64,000 nucleotides of DNA from an uncultured Spirochaetota bacterium. GTDB lineage: Bacteria > Spirochaetota > Spirochaetia > SZUA-6 > Fen-1364. The notes beneath the pieces are model-generated. The model saw nothing but the letters and a program-made list of their open reading frames with translations, had not been told where the DNA came from and searched no databases. Location of the stretch: NCBI GenBank assembly GCA_963820525.1, contig CAWGAA010000001.1, positions 2,464,001 through 2,528,000 on the forward strand, in the 5' to 3' direction. The stretch's first letter is position 1. Each line of letters starts with the position of its first letter. The translations under genes and the position numbers were made by a program. Positions 18,653 through 28,391 of this stretch are shown here, in pieces.

Positions 18653-19552
18653 TCAGCTCTCGCAGGCCGCAAGGCCCTCCAGGATCCTCTGCCGGGCCCC
18701 TTCCACTCCGGGGCCGATGAACACCATTTCGCTCCTCGGTGCCGTTGATTCCTCGAAATCGATGCGCCCCGCCACGTAATTGAAGACCCATTCCCCTTCC
18801 GCGAGGAAGCGGACGAAGCCCTTGGAGCGGAAGACTTCAGCGGGAAGAGATGAGAGGAAGGAGACGAATCGGGCCCTGTCGAGGGGCCTCTCGGCAGAAG
18901 CCGTGAAGGCCTGGACCTGGCGGTGGTGGCCCGGGTGGGCCTTCGGCAGGCGGCGGTCGGGATTGCGCGCACTCTGGGGCCCGAAGAGAAGCGAAAGATC
19001 CAGATCGCAACGCGTCGTTTCCACGGTCAGGGCGCCGCCCATGTGGGAAGAAACCCTCCTCCGCACGGCGGCAAGCTCTTCCCCGGTCGCGAGGTCGATC
19101 TTGTTCAGGACAACCAGATCCGCGCTTTCAAGCTGGGAGCGCTCGGCGTATCCCATGGCCGGATACCGTGTCGCCGCGTACACATCCACGATGCACACCA
19201 CGCAATCGAGACGCACGATGGGAAGGGTCTCCTCGACGGTATAGACCAGGGCATCCGCCTCCGCCACCCCCGTTGCTTCCAGCACGATCCATTCGGGACC
19301 CGCCTTTTCGACAAGCTCGCTTACCGCGGCGTTGAGCTCCCCCGCGAGAGAGCAGCAGACGCACCCGCCGGCGAGCTCCACGTAGCGAATGTTCCTCCCC
19401 TTGATCACCCGGCTGTCCACGGCCAGCTCTCCGAACTCGTTCATGACCACGGCGAGCTTGATCCCGGCGTCGGAGAGGACGCGGGAGAGAAGCGTCGTCT
19501 TTCCGCTTCCCAGGGGACCCGTGATCAGCGTGATCGGGGTCTTTTCCTTCAC
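18653..19552 (-). CDS. COG0523/CobW-family G3E metallochaperone GTPase
   Basis: ITGPLGSGKTT, VMNEFGE, ELAGGCVCC (CxCC), EATGVA, LNKIDL, short His stretch AHPGHH, RSKGF CobW_C domain. Confidence 0.9.
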   Translation of the reverse strand: MKEKTPITLITGPLGSGKTTLLSRVLSDAGIKLAVVMNEFGELAVDSRVIKGRNIRYVELAGGCVCCSLAGELNAAVSELVEKAGPEWIVLEATGVAEADALVYTVEETLPIVRLDCVVCIVDVYAATRYPAMGYAERSQLESADLVVLNKIDLATGEELAAVRRRVSSHMGGALTVETTRCDLDLSLLFGPQSARNPDRRLPKAHPGHHRQVQAFTASAERPLDRARFVSFLSSLPAEVFRSKGFVRFLAEGEWVFNYVAGRIDFEESTAPRSEMVFIGPGVEGARQRILEGLAACES

Positions 19553-19560
19553 CTGTCTCC

Positions 19561-21018
19561 TCAGCCCTTGATGTTCCCGATGGGCACGAACCTGGCGACG
19601 CGCCGGCTCAATCCCGCACGCTCGGTGGCCTCGATGACCTCGTCGATATCCTTGTAGGCTCCGCCTGCTTCCTCGGCCACCCCGGAAAGCGAGGAGCTCT
19701 TCACGTAGATGCCCCTGGCCTCCATCTCGTGAAGCAGCCGGGAGCCCTGCCAGATCCTCCTCGCCTTGGTGCGGCTCATGGTGCGGCCGCTTCCGTGGGC
19801 GGTCGTGAAGTAGCTCTGAGCCCCCGTTTCCACCCCGGCCAGCAGGTAGGATCCCGTCTCCATGCTCCCGCCGATGATCACGGGCTGACCGGTCTTTCTG
19901 TACGCCGCCGGAAGGCCGGGCATTCCCGGGGCAAACGCGCGCGTCGCTCCCTTTCTGTGCACAAGAAGCCGCCGGGAGCGCCCTCCCACCTCGTGCTCTT
20001 CCAGCTTGGCCGTGTTATGGGCGACGTCGTAGACCTGGCGGATTCCCAGGGCCCGGGGGTCCCTGTGGAACACCTCTGAGAACACCTCCCGGATCCTGTG
20101 GAGGATGACCTGCCTGTTGGCGAAAGACATGTTTATGGCGCACTTCATGGCCGAAAAGTAGTCCTGGCCTTCGGGGGAGGAGAAAGGCGCGCAGGCGAGC
20201 TCCCGATCGAGAACCTTGATGTGGAACTTTCCTTCCATTGCCTTCAGGAAGGCCTGCAGGTAATCGGTTGCAACCTGGTGGCCGAAGCCCCGGCTGCCGC
20301 AGTGAAACATGATCACGACCTGATCGTCCCGCGTTATGCCAAAGGACTCGGCGAGCTCCCGATTAATGACGTTCTCCCGCCTGGCCACCTGGATCTCCAG
20401 GTAATGGTTGCCGGAGCCAAGGGTGCCGATCTGGCGGTAGCCGCGATTGACGGCTCTCTCGCTGATCTTGGATGCGTCGGCGCCGGAGATGCACCCCCCC
20501 TCCTCCGTGGCCGCAAGGTCCTCTTCCAGTCCGTAGCCGTTTCGAATGCAGTAGCGGGCGCCCTGCTGGACAACCTGTCGGAACTCGTCTGCGCTGATGG
20601 AGAGAAATCCGTCGCGCCCGACTCCGGCGGGGATCCGCTGGAAGAGCTTGTCGACCAGCTCCCTGATGTGAGGTTGGACCTCCGCGAGGGTGAGATCCGT
20701 GGCCACGAGGCGCATCCCGCAGTTCACGTCGAACCCGATTCCGCCGGGGGAGATGACCCCTTCTTCGACGTCGAACGCCGCGACCCCACCAATGGGAAAT
20801 CCGTAGCCCCAGTGCCCATCAGGCATGCAGAAGGCGTGGCCCACGATCCCCGGCAGGCAGGCCACGTTGGAGATCTGGTCGAAAACTCCTTCGTCCATCT
20901 CCGAGACGAGCTTCTGTGAGGCATAGATGCGCGCGGGAACCCTCATCCCCTTCTTGTGGGAAGTGGGCAGCTCCCACAGAAAATCGCCGAGCTTCTTGAT
21001 GTCCGCAGGGACGGCCAT
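19561..21018 (-). CDS. rtcB: RNA ligase RtcB (archaeal/eukaryote-like, archease-dependent type)
   Basis: MPDGHWGYGFPIG, PGGIGFDVNCG, LGSGNHYLE, HCGSRG, AHN, VHRKGA, HGSGR, EEAGGAYKD; ATG 21018 after AGGAGG. Confidence 0.95.
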   Translation of the reverse strand: MAVPADIKKLGDFLWELPTSHKKGMRVPARIYASQKLVSEMDEGVFDQISNVACLPGIVGHAFCMPDGHWGYGFPIGGVAAFDVEEGVISPGGIGFDVNCGMRLVATDLTLAEVQPHIRELVDKLFQRIPAGVGRDGFLSISADEFRQVVQQGARYCIRNGYGLEEDLAATEEGGCISGADASKISERAVNRGYRQIGTLGSGNHYLEIQVARRENVINRELAESFGITRDDQVVIMFHCGSRGFGHQVATDYLQAFLKAMEGKFHIKVLDRELACAPFSSPEGQDYFSAMKCAINMSFANRQVILHRIREVFSEVFHRDPRALGIRQVYDVAHNTAKLEEHEVGGRSRRLLVHRKGATRAFAPGMPGLPAAYRKTGQPVIIGGSMETGSYLLAGVETGAQSYFTTAHGSGRTMSRTKARRIWQGSRLLHEMEARGIYVKSSSLSGVAEEAGGAYKDIDEVIEATERAGLSRRVARFVPIGNIKG

Positions 21019-21080
21019 TGACGACCTCCTCAGGCTTGCAGTCGCCGTTTCCAACCGGTCACGGGATCCGCGCCCCGCCG

Positions 21081-21641
21081 CTACCCCGGGAACAGGCAGC
21101 AGAGCATGCGCGTCCCGAGCCTGCCCTGGACGAACGCCAGGCCGACGCAGACGGAAAACAGCACGACGTTCACCACGCTCACCCAGGCGATGAACGGGCC
21201 GATGGCGAAGATGAGGGCGGCGGCCGCGGCGGAGCAGATGAAGAATGCTATGCCCACGAAGGTCTTCGTTCTCAGATAGAGGCTCTTCGCCTTTCGGAAA
21301 CGGACGCTTCCGTCGTAGCGGCCGCTCAACCACGCAGCGGCCACGATGAGCGGCAGCGTTCCGCCGAAGGCTCTCATGGCGCCCGTCGCCGTCCGATGGA
21401 AGAGAACGGGAAAGGCAAGAATGTAGAGTGCCGTCACGAGGGCCGAGACCGTAAAGGCAACTGCGAAGTGGACGATAATAGGGTGGATGTCCAGCTGCAG
21501 GACCCGCCTTCGATTCCGGGAAACGGGGTCATTGAACGCCTCGAACATCTTTCTGGCAACTCCGCAGGCGGGACAAACGTCCTTGACCCTGTTCTCTTCA
21601 ATCACGAGACCGCAGGATTTACACCGGATCAATTGCGCCAT
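21081..21641 (-). CDS. Rubredoxin-like domain fused to a DUF2231-like membrane domain
   Basis: CKSCG...CPACG N-terminus, then DIHPIIVHF and four hydrophobic helices; GAGGAGG RBS. Confidence 0.75.
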   Translation of the reverse strand: MAQLIRCKSCGLVIEENRVKDVCPACGVARKMFEAFNDPVSRNRRRVLQLDIHPIIVHFAVAFTVSALVTALYILAFPVLFHRTATGAMRAFGGTLPLIVAAAWLSGRYDGSVRFRKAKSLYLRTKTFVGIAFFICSAAAAALIFAIGPFIAWVSVVNVVLFSVCVGLAFVQGRLGTRMLCCLFPG

Positions 21642-21751
21642 ACTCCCCTCCTCACATTCGAATGATGAGCTATCCTACCGCGACACAAAGACCGCCGCAA
21701 GATCAAGGTCGCCGTAATGCGGCCGGCATAAGCAGCCGAAGAATTTAGGGA

Positions 21752-22198
21752 ATGGAAAAAATTCTTTCCGTCATGACCTCCTTCCTCGGAACGCTTTCGT
21801 TCGTAAAGAAAACGCCGGCGGCCCCGGAGGCAAGCGGGGAGGAGCTGCCGATCTCGCGGCACAGCCACGCCGTGGCCAGGCAATGCAGCGAGCTCGTTGC
21901 AAGCGGCATCAGGGCCGCGAGCGAGGCCGGCCGGCGTATGGCGAAGATCGAGCGCAATATCGAGCGGGCCGCCGCGCTGCTGAAAAAAACCAGGGGATCG
22001 CACCGCGACGCCGCCGCCCAGGGCCTGCGGAACATCATGGAACAGCTTGCCCCCGTCCTGAGCCTGGGCGTTTCCTCAACGGGGGAGCTCCTCGAGCTGG
22101 CCCGGGAGGCGAGCCGGCTCGACGAGGCCCCCGCCCGCCGGCGGCTCAATCCCCTTTCTTCTCCGCGGCTTTCGCCGCCTGCTCGGCCAGACCGGTGA
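21752..22198 (+). CDS. Hypothetical helical protein
   Basis: Fills an otherwise empty gap of about 500 bp; helical composition; 3' end overlaps the convergent SPFH gene; no recognised motif. Confidence 0.35.
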   Translation: MEKILSVMTSFLGTLSFVKKTPAAPEASGEELPISRHSHAVARQCSELVASGIRAASEAGRRMAKIERNIERAAALLKKTRGSHRDAAAQGLRNIMEQLAPVLSLGVSSTGELLELAREASRLDEAPARRRLNPLSSPRLSPPARPDR

Positions 22199-23024
22199 GG
22201 GGCTTCAGGAGATTCACGAACTCCAGGGGGAAGATGAACTTGGTGGAAGGGCTTGCCCCCATCTGCTTCAGGGTATCGAAATACTGAAGCATCATCGTCT
22301 TGGAATCCACGATCTTGGCCGCGCTGAAGATCTTCTCCAGTGCAAGGGCGAATCCCTCGGCCCGAAGGATGGCAGCCTGTCGATCGCCTTCCGCCTTGAG
22401 GATCGCCGACTGCTTGTCACCCTCGGCCACCAGGATCGCCGATGCCCTCTTTCCTTCGCTTTCCGTCACCATGGCCCTGCGGTTCCTCTCCGCCGACATC
22501 TGACGGTTCATCGCGTCCTGGATGTCCTTGGGAGGCACGATCTCGCGGATTTCAACCGTGGTCACCTTGACCCCCCAGCGCTCGGTCACGTCGTCCATCT
22601 TTGTGCGAAGGATGCGGTTGATGTCCTCGCGCTTGGCCAGAACGTCGTCCAGCGGGATGTCTCCGATCACGGCGCGAAGCGTCGTGGTGGCGATTCCCTG
22701 GCTGGCCCCGGCGAAGTTGCCGACCTGGATCACGGAGGCGGTGGGCTCCACGATGCGCCAGTAGATGAGGAAGTCGATGTCGATCGGCGCGTTGTCCTTT
22801 GTGATGCAGGTCTGTCGGGGGATCTCCAGGTACAGCTCGCGAAGGTCCGTCCACACCGGCCGGTCCACGATGGGGATGAGGAAAACCAGGCCGGGACCCC
22901 GCGCCCCGATCGAGCGGCCCAGGCGGAAAACGACCAGCCGCTGATACTCCCTGACCACCTTGATGGACGCCGACAGGATGATGATGGCAAGAATCACGAT
23001 GACAGCGATGGCGACGATACTCAC
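22146..23024 (-). CDS. SPFH/stomatin (band 7) family protein
   Basis: IKVVREYQRLVVFRLGR, GPGL, CITKDN, TTLRAVIG, WGVKV, QMSAER; GTG start overlaps the nfeD stop (GTGA). Confidence 0.92.
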   Translation of the reverse strand: MSIVAIAVIVILAIIILSASIKVVREYQRLVVFRLGRSIGARGPGLVFLIPIVDRPVWTDLRELYLEIPRQTCITKDNAPIDIDFLIYWRIVEPTASVIQVGNFAGASQGIATTTLRAVIGDIPLDDVLAKREDINRILRTKMDDVTERWGVKVTTVEIREIVPPKDIQDAMNRQMSAERNRRAMVTESEGKRASAILVAEGDKQSAILKAEGDRQAAILRAEGFALALEKIFSAAKIVDSKTMMLQYFDTLKQMGASPSTKFIFPLEFVNLLKPLTGLAEQAAKAAEKKGD

Positions 23025-24346
23025 GGGTGAGCCTCCTTTCGTCGAACGACAAGCCGCAATCCTTCCCTCTGGACAATCTCCACCGACTCCCCGCTCTTGA
23101 TCGCGCCCTCCGCCGAGCGGGCGCTCCACACCTCGCCGGCCGCCCGAACCTGGCCGTCCGGAGCGAGGTCCGTCAGGGCCACGCCGTCCAGCCCGGGCAG
23201 GACTTCCTCGCCGAAGGCGATCCTTCGGCCCTGGGCGGCAATCCCCTTGGAGATGACGAACATGAAGAACAGCGTCACCAGGGTTGTCATGACCCCGATG
23301 GTTATGGGAGACACGCGGATCTCCGGGGCGGATGGAAACACTGGGGCCCGCCACGGGGGAAAGAGGAGGAACGAGCCGAGGAGAAAGGAAACGATCCCCC
23401 CCGCGGTCCACACGCCGTGGGAAGGAACCTTGATGTCCACGATGAACAGCACGACGGCGAGCGCTATAAACACGAGCCCGCCCAGGTTGGTGGGGAGGCT
23501 TCCGAAGCCTACCAGGGAGAGGAGGATGGCGATGCCGCCCGCAATGCCCGGCGCCCCGATGCCCGGGGCGGAAAGCTCGAAGATGATACCGAAGATCCCG
23601 ATCACCAGAAGGACGTAGGCGAGGTCGGGGTTCACCAGCACGCTCAAGAGCCGATCCACGAGGCTCATGTCGAAGCGGCGGACATCGGAGCCGGCCGTGC
23701 GAAGCACGATCGCGCCCGCCGTCGTTCGAACCGTCTTGCCGTCAACGGCGGCGAGGAGGCCGGCAAGGTCGGGCGCTTCCAGATCAGCCACGTGCCGGCT
23801 GACGGCCTCGGTCTCCGTGAGAGACGCGCTCCTGCGCACGGCCTCATCCGCCCACGCGAGGTTCCGCCCGCGAAGCTCGGCGAGGCTTAAAAGCTGTGCT
23901 GCCGCGTCGTTGGTCACCTTCTGGCCTTCCGTGCCCGGGATGTCCGCGCCCCCGGCGGAAACGGGGTGAGCCGCACCGATATGCGTTCCGGGAGCCATGA
24001 CGGTGAGGTGGGCGGCCATGGCGATGAACACCCCGGCCGACGCCGCCCGCGCGCCCCGGGGCGACACGTAGACGGCCACGGGCACCGTCGAGGAGAGGAT
24101 CGCCTGGACGATCTGGTCCATGGAAACTGAAAGCCCTCCGGGAGTGTCGAGGGACAGGAGCAGAAGGCGTGCCCCGTCCGCCTCGGCCTGGGATACGCCG
24201 CGCGAAACGTAGCGGGCTGAAATGGGATCTATCGGCCCGGCCAGCGTGAGGACAAGAACGATCCCGCGGGGGCTCCCGCTGTTGTCGATTGCGTAGCCGG
24301 GCAGTCGAAGGGTGAGGAGGGCGAGACAGGCAATCAGCGCCTTCAT
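23021..24346 (-). CDS. nfeD: NfeD family membrane-bound ClpP-class serine protease (long form)
   Basis: LDTPGG, ARAASAG (catalytic Ser), IGAAHPV, QKVTNDA (Lys), TM core, C-terminal OB domain GEVWSA. Start is 24346 or 24367. Confidence 0.88.
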   Translation of the reverse strand: MKALIACLALLTLRLPGYAIDNSGSPRGIVLVLTLAGPIDPISARYVSRGVSQAEADGARLLLLSLDTPGGLSVSMDQIVQAILSSTVPVAVYVSPRGARAASAGVFIAMAAHLTVMAPGTHIGAAHPVSAGGADIPGTEGQKVTNDAAAQLLSLAELRGRNLAWADEAVRRSASLTETEAVSRHVADLEAPDLAGLLAAVDGKTVRTTAGAIVLRTAGSDVRRFDMSLVDRLLSVLVNPDLAYVLLVIGIFGIIFELSAPGIGAPGIAGGIAILLSLVGFGSLPTNLGGLVFIALAVVLFIVDIKVPSHGVWTAGGIVSFLLGSFLLFPPWRAPVFPSAPEIRVSPITIGVMTTLVTLFFMFVISKGIAAQGRRIAFGEEVLPGLDGVALTDLAPDGQVRAAGEVWSARSAEGAIKSGESVEIVQREGLRLVVRRKEAHP

Positions 24347-24397
24347 TTCTTTAGCCAAATATAGCATGGAAACGAAGGAGGCTGCCAGGGGAAATGC

Positions 24398-25402
24398 TTA
24401 CGGATCCGCGCGGGATCTCCTGTATTCGTCCAGGACGTCCTTCACCATCTGGTAGGACTGAGCATCATAGGCGGTTCCGACGAGCATCCCGAAGCCCTTC
24501 TCCACGAGATCCTCCCACGCCTTCCTGGCTTTGGGGTCGACTTTCACGATCGTCAGTCCGTATTTCTGCATGATGCCGATGGCATCGGAGTCGGAACGCG
24601 AGATTTCCGGAGAGAGGGTTGCGGCGATTTTCTGGGCGGACCGGAGAAGCTTCCCCTGCAGATCGGCGGGGATGGCGGACCACGTCTTCAGGGAGACGAT
24701 CGTCGCTCCCCAGAGGGGGGCGAGCTTCAGATCCGTCATGTTGGAGGCAGCGCCGAACCATTGGTTGGAGGCCGCGAGGAGCGGGCTGGAGATCGTGGCG
24801 TCGATCATCCCGCTCTGGAGGCTCGTGAGAATATCGGTGGCGGCAAGGGGGACCACCTGGAAGCCCGAGCTCTGCCACGCCTGCACCTCATCGGGGTTCC
24901 CCCACACCCAGAGATTCTGTTTTCGAAGATCGTCCGGCGTCGTGATAGGGTAGCGGGAGAAGAAGTACAACCACCCCCCCGTTGACCAGAAGATCACCTT
25001 GAATCCGCGTTTCTCCAGCTCCTTCTCGAAGATGGGCTCGAGCTTTCCCAGGACGCCGGAAAGCTCCCCGTCGTCCCGAATGAAAAGCGGGAAGGACAGC
25101 GCCTTGATGCCGTTGTAGATTCCCTGGAGGCCGTTCATGGTGATCATCGCGCCGCTGATCTGCCCGATTCTGACCTTGCGCACGATGTCGGGCTCGTCTC
25201 CCGCCACGCCGGCCGAGTATATCTTGACCTCGAGGCTCCCGCCTGAAAGCTTGATCCATTCGGCCGCGATGCGCCGCAGCGCCTTGTCCCACGGGGAGCT
25301 TGAGGGCGCAAGGCTTCCGATCTTCAGGGTGAGTGCGCCGGCAGGAATCGGGAGGAGCATGATGCACAGAGCGAGGAAAAAAACGGGACGGATCCTTATC
25401 AT
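24398..25402 (-). CDS. dctP: TRAP transporter substrate-binding protein DctP/TatP(T), paralogue 2
   Basis: Signal peptide; LKIGSLAPSSSPW, GVAGDEPDIVRKVRIGQ, SPLLAASNQWF. Confidence 0.88.
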   Translation of the reverse strand: MIRIRPVFFLALCIMLLPIPAGALTLKIGSLAPSSSPWDKALRRIAAEWIKLSGGSLEVKIYSAGVAGDEPDIVRKVRIGQISGAMITMNGLQGIYNGIKALSFPLFIRDDGELSGVLGKLEPIFEKELEKRGFKVIFWSTGGWLYFFSRYPITTPDDLRKQNLWVWGNPDEVQAWQSSGFQVVPLAATDILTSLQSGMIDATISSPLLAASNQWFGAASNMTDLKLAPLWGATIVSLKTWSAIPADLQGKLLRSAQKIAATLSPEISRSDSDAIGIMQKYGLTIVKVDPKARKAWEDLVEKGFGMLVGTAYDAQSYQMVKDVLDEYRRSRADP

Positions 25403-25427
25403 GAGTATTCCTTGGGAGGGTGAGAAA

Positions 25428-25457
25428 AAAGTAGCACTCCCCCGCCGGGATCGTCAA
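25428..25457 (-). promoter_or_regulatory. Putative internal promoter for the second dctP
   Basis: Minus strand TTGACG-N18-(TG)TACTTT in the dctQM-dctP2 gap. Confidence 0.4.
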
Positions 25458-25486
25458 TCCCCGGGATCCTCCCCGCGGTCCGCCCC

Positions 25487-27421
25487 TCAGAAGCGCACGC
25501 TCCCCAGAAGGAAGGTGGTGAGGCCGGGGACGTACGTGATGACGAGCACGGCGAAGAGAAGGACAAGGAGGAAGGGCACCACGTTTCTCACGACCTTCGA
25601 AAGGGGCTGGTTGAAACGGTAGGAGGCGAGGTAGAGGTTGAGACCCACGGGCGGCGTCAGGTATCCCAGCTCCAGGTTGGCGAGGAAGATGATCCCGAGG
25701 TGAACGGGGTGTATCCCGTAGGACTGGGCGATGGGGATGATCAGCGGCGCCACCACCGTGATCGCGGAATAGATGTCCATGAAGCAGCCGACAACCAGGA
25801 GGGTGAGGTTGAGAAGGAGGAGAAAGACATAGCGGGACGCCACGGCGCCGTGGAGCCAGCCTGCGAGGCGGCCGGGAATCTGGGCGTCGATCACGTAATA
25901 CTGCAGCGCGTTTGCCATGGAGATGATGATGAGGACCCCGCCCATGACCAGGGCGCACTTTACGAAAACCTCGGGCACGCGGCGCCAGGGGATGTCTCGA
26001 TGCACAATGACCTCGACGACGAAGGCGTAGACCACGGAGAAAGCCGCGGTCTCCACCAGGGTCATGATGCCCCTGAAGAAGAAGAAAAGGATGAAGAAAG
26101 GAAGGAGGATCTCGAGGGCGGCGCCGGGAACAGCCTTGAGCGCTTCCTTGGGATCGAAAGGCACGCGAGGCACCTTGTCGCGCACGGAGCGATACACGCC
26201 CATCGCGGAGAGAACGACGACCATGAAGACTCCGGGCAAGACCCCTCCCAAGAACATCTGCCTGATGTCGACCTGGGCCACCACCCCGTAGAGGATCACG
26301 GCGAGGCTCGGCGGAAAGAGAAGGCCGATGCTGCCCGAAGCTGTCAGAAGCCCGGTGGAGAAGCTTTCCCGGTACGCCCCCTTGGCAAGCACGTAGTACA
26401 GCAGCCCCCCCACCGCGAGGATGGTCACCCCCGACGCTCCCATGAAGGTGGTGAGGAAGGCGCAGATGAGGATGCTCATGACGGTAAGGCCGCCGGGAAG
26501 CCAGCCGAAAAGGCCGCGGAAAAGCCGCACGAGGCGCTCTCCCGCCTTGCTCTCGGAGATGATGTATCCCGCGAGGGTGAACAGGGGGAGGGCAGGAATG
26601 ATGGGGCTGGCGGAAAGCATCGTGTAGGCCTGATTGGAGACAACCTCGAGGGAGCCGCCGGAATGAATGAACAGAAGGATGGCGAGGCCTCCAAGGAGAA
26701 CGAAGATGGGAGCCCCGAACAGCGCGGCGGCGATGAGAAGCACGACGAGGGGCGGGAAAAGCCAGCCCAGCGGGGCGGAAAGCGCGGTCTCCAGTCTCCT
26801 GAACGCCTCGGAGAGGCCCGCCGCTGCCCCGGCAAGGGCAGGCGGCGCTCCGGAAACTGCCGCCAATGAAGAGAAAAGGTTGGAAAGCGGATCCGCGCTC
26901 GCGAGGATCGCGGCGAGCAGGCCGAAGGCGGCGATCCATCTCCCCAAGGGACCGCGGGCGGCCTGCGCGATGAAACGCGCCGTCATCATCCCAAAGCCCG
27001 CCGGCATGACGAGAGCGAGAATCCAGATCGGAATCGCGCCGGCCGTCTCGCCGGGAAAAGCCTGCAGCGCGAAGGAGAGGGAAGAGAAAGCGAATACGGC
27101 GCCGAAGAAGACCGACACGAGCGATGTGCCGACCCGGATCGCGGCCCTCCCCCTCTCGGGGATGCGATCCGAGGCGACGGTGAGGGCGAGGTGCTTTCCC
27201 TCGCGCGCCGTGAGCGAGCCGCAGAGAAACGCCGTCCACAGCACGAGGTGCTGGACGTAGGCGGCGGAGCCGCGGATTCCGGGCAGCGAGAGCTTTCGCG
27301 CGATCACCTGGATGCACGGCAGCAGGGCCGTGAGCGCAAGGACGGCGGTGGAGAGGAAATCCTCCACGCGCGCGAATCCCGCCGCGGGCTTACTTTCGGG
27401 GATGCCCGGCGAGGTATTCAT
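25487..27421 (-). CDS. Fused TRAP small and large permease DctQM
   Basis: N-terminal DctQ-like 4 TMs (AREGKHL); DctM motifs LPLFTLAGY, GASGVTILAVG, GSIGLLFPPS, NLELGYLTPPVGLNL. Confidence 0.9.
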   Translation of the reverse strand: MNTSPGIPESKPAAGFARVEDFLSTAVLALTALLPCIQVIARKLSLPGIRGSAAYVQHLVLWTAFLCGSLTAREGKHLALTVASDRIPERGRAAIRVGTSLVSVFFGAVFAFSSLSFALQAFPGETAGAIPIWILALVMPAGFGMMTARFIAQAARGPLGRWIAAFGLLAAILASADPLSNLFSSLAAVSGAPPALAGAAAGLSEAFRRLETALSAPLGWLFPPLVVLLIAAALFGAPIFVLLGGLAILLFIHSGGSLEVVSNQAYTMLSASPIIPALPLFTLAGYIISESKAGERLVRLFRGLFGWLPGGLTVMSILICAFLTTFMGASGVTILAVGGLLYYVLAKGAYRESFSTGLLTASGSIGLLFPPSLAVILYGVVAQVDIRQMFLGGVLPGVFMVVVLSAMGVYRSVRDKVPRVPFDPKEALKAVPGAALEILLPFFILFFFFRGIMTLVETAAFSVVYAFVVEVIVHRDIPWRRVPEVFVKCALVMGGVLIIISMANALQYYVIDAQIPGRLAGWLHGAVASRYVFLLLLNLTLLVVGCFMDIYSAITVVAPLIIPIAQSYGIHPVHLGIIFLANLELGYLTPPVGLNLYLASYRFNQPLSKVVRNVVPFLLVLLFAVLVITYVPGLTTFLLGSVRF

Positions 27422-28391
27422 CGAGCAGTTTCTTGGCCATGTCGTAGGAGGCGCGGTCGAAGCTTTTTCCGATCAGCTCGGAGAAGCCCTTGTCTATGAA
27501 TCCCTCCCACTGCGATTCCGCCTGGCTGGGCACCTGTGAGATCTTCAATCCGTATCTCGACATGACGGCAATGGCGCTGGCGTCGGCGTTGTTGATCTGG
27601 GGTCCCAGAGAATCCGCGATCCTCTGTGCGGCCTCCACCAGCCGAGACTGAAGCTCCGCGGGGATCTGGCTCCAGGTCCTGGTGGAGACCACCAGGGCCC
27701 CCCAGAGGGGCCCAAGCCTCAGACCGCACATGTTGTTCGCAATGCCAAACCACTGGTTGGAAGCTGCCAGCAGGGGGCTGGTCACGAACGCATCGATCAT
27801 CCCTCCCTCCAGGCTCGTCATGATGTCGGTTGCGGCCAGGGGGACCACCGGGAACCCCGAGCTCTGCCATGCCTGCACCTCGTCAGGATCGCCCACCCAC
27901 ACCCAGAGCTTCTGCTTTCGAAGGTCATCGGGGGTGACGATGGGGTATCGGGAGAAAAAGTAGACCCAGCCGCCGGTCGACCACATGACGACCTTGAACC
28001 CGCGGCTTTCCAGCTGCTGCGCGAAAAAGTTCTTCATGTGGTCCAGGACGAATTGAAGCTCTCCGTCGCTCCTGACGAACAGGGGGAACGACAGCACCTT
28101 GAGGCCATTAAAAATCCCCTGGAGCCCGCTCACGGTAATCGCAGCCGCGGAGAGCTGCCCGATCCTGATCTTTCGCACCATGTCGGGCTCGTCGCCGGCC
28201 ACGCCGCCGGAGTAGATCTTCACTTCCACAGAGCCGCCCGAGATCTGCTGCCATTCGGAGGCGATGCGGTGAATCGCATCGTCCCAGGGCGAGCCGATGG
28301 GAGCGAGGCTGCCGAGCTTGATCGTGATCGCGCCCGCGGAAAAGGCGGCCCACAGGCACGCGCAGCACGCGAGGATACCGGCCCTTCTCAT
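27390..28391 (-). CDS. dctP: TRAP transporter substrate-binding protein DctP/TatP(T), paralogue 1
   Basis: ATG 28391 overlaps the tatT stop; IKLGSLAPIGSPW, GVAGDEPDMVRKIRIGQ. Confidence 0.88.
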   Translation of the reverse strand: MRRAGILACCACLWAAFSAGAITIKLGSLAPIGSPWDDAIHRIASEWQQISGGSVEVKIYSGGVAGDEPDMVRKIRIGQLSAAAITVSGLQGIFNGLKVLSFPLFVRSDGELQFVLDHMKNFFAQQLESRGFKVVMWSTGGWVYFFSRYPIVTPDDLRKQKLWVWVGDPDEVQAWQSSGFPVVPLAATDIMTSLEGGMIDAFVTSPLLAASNQWFGIANNMCGLRLGPLWGALVVSTRTWSQIPAELQSRLVEAAQRIADSLGPQINNADASAIAVMSRYGLKISQVPSQAESQWEGFIDKGFSELIGKSFDRASYDMAKKLLDEYLAGHPRK

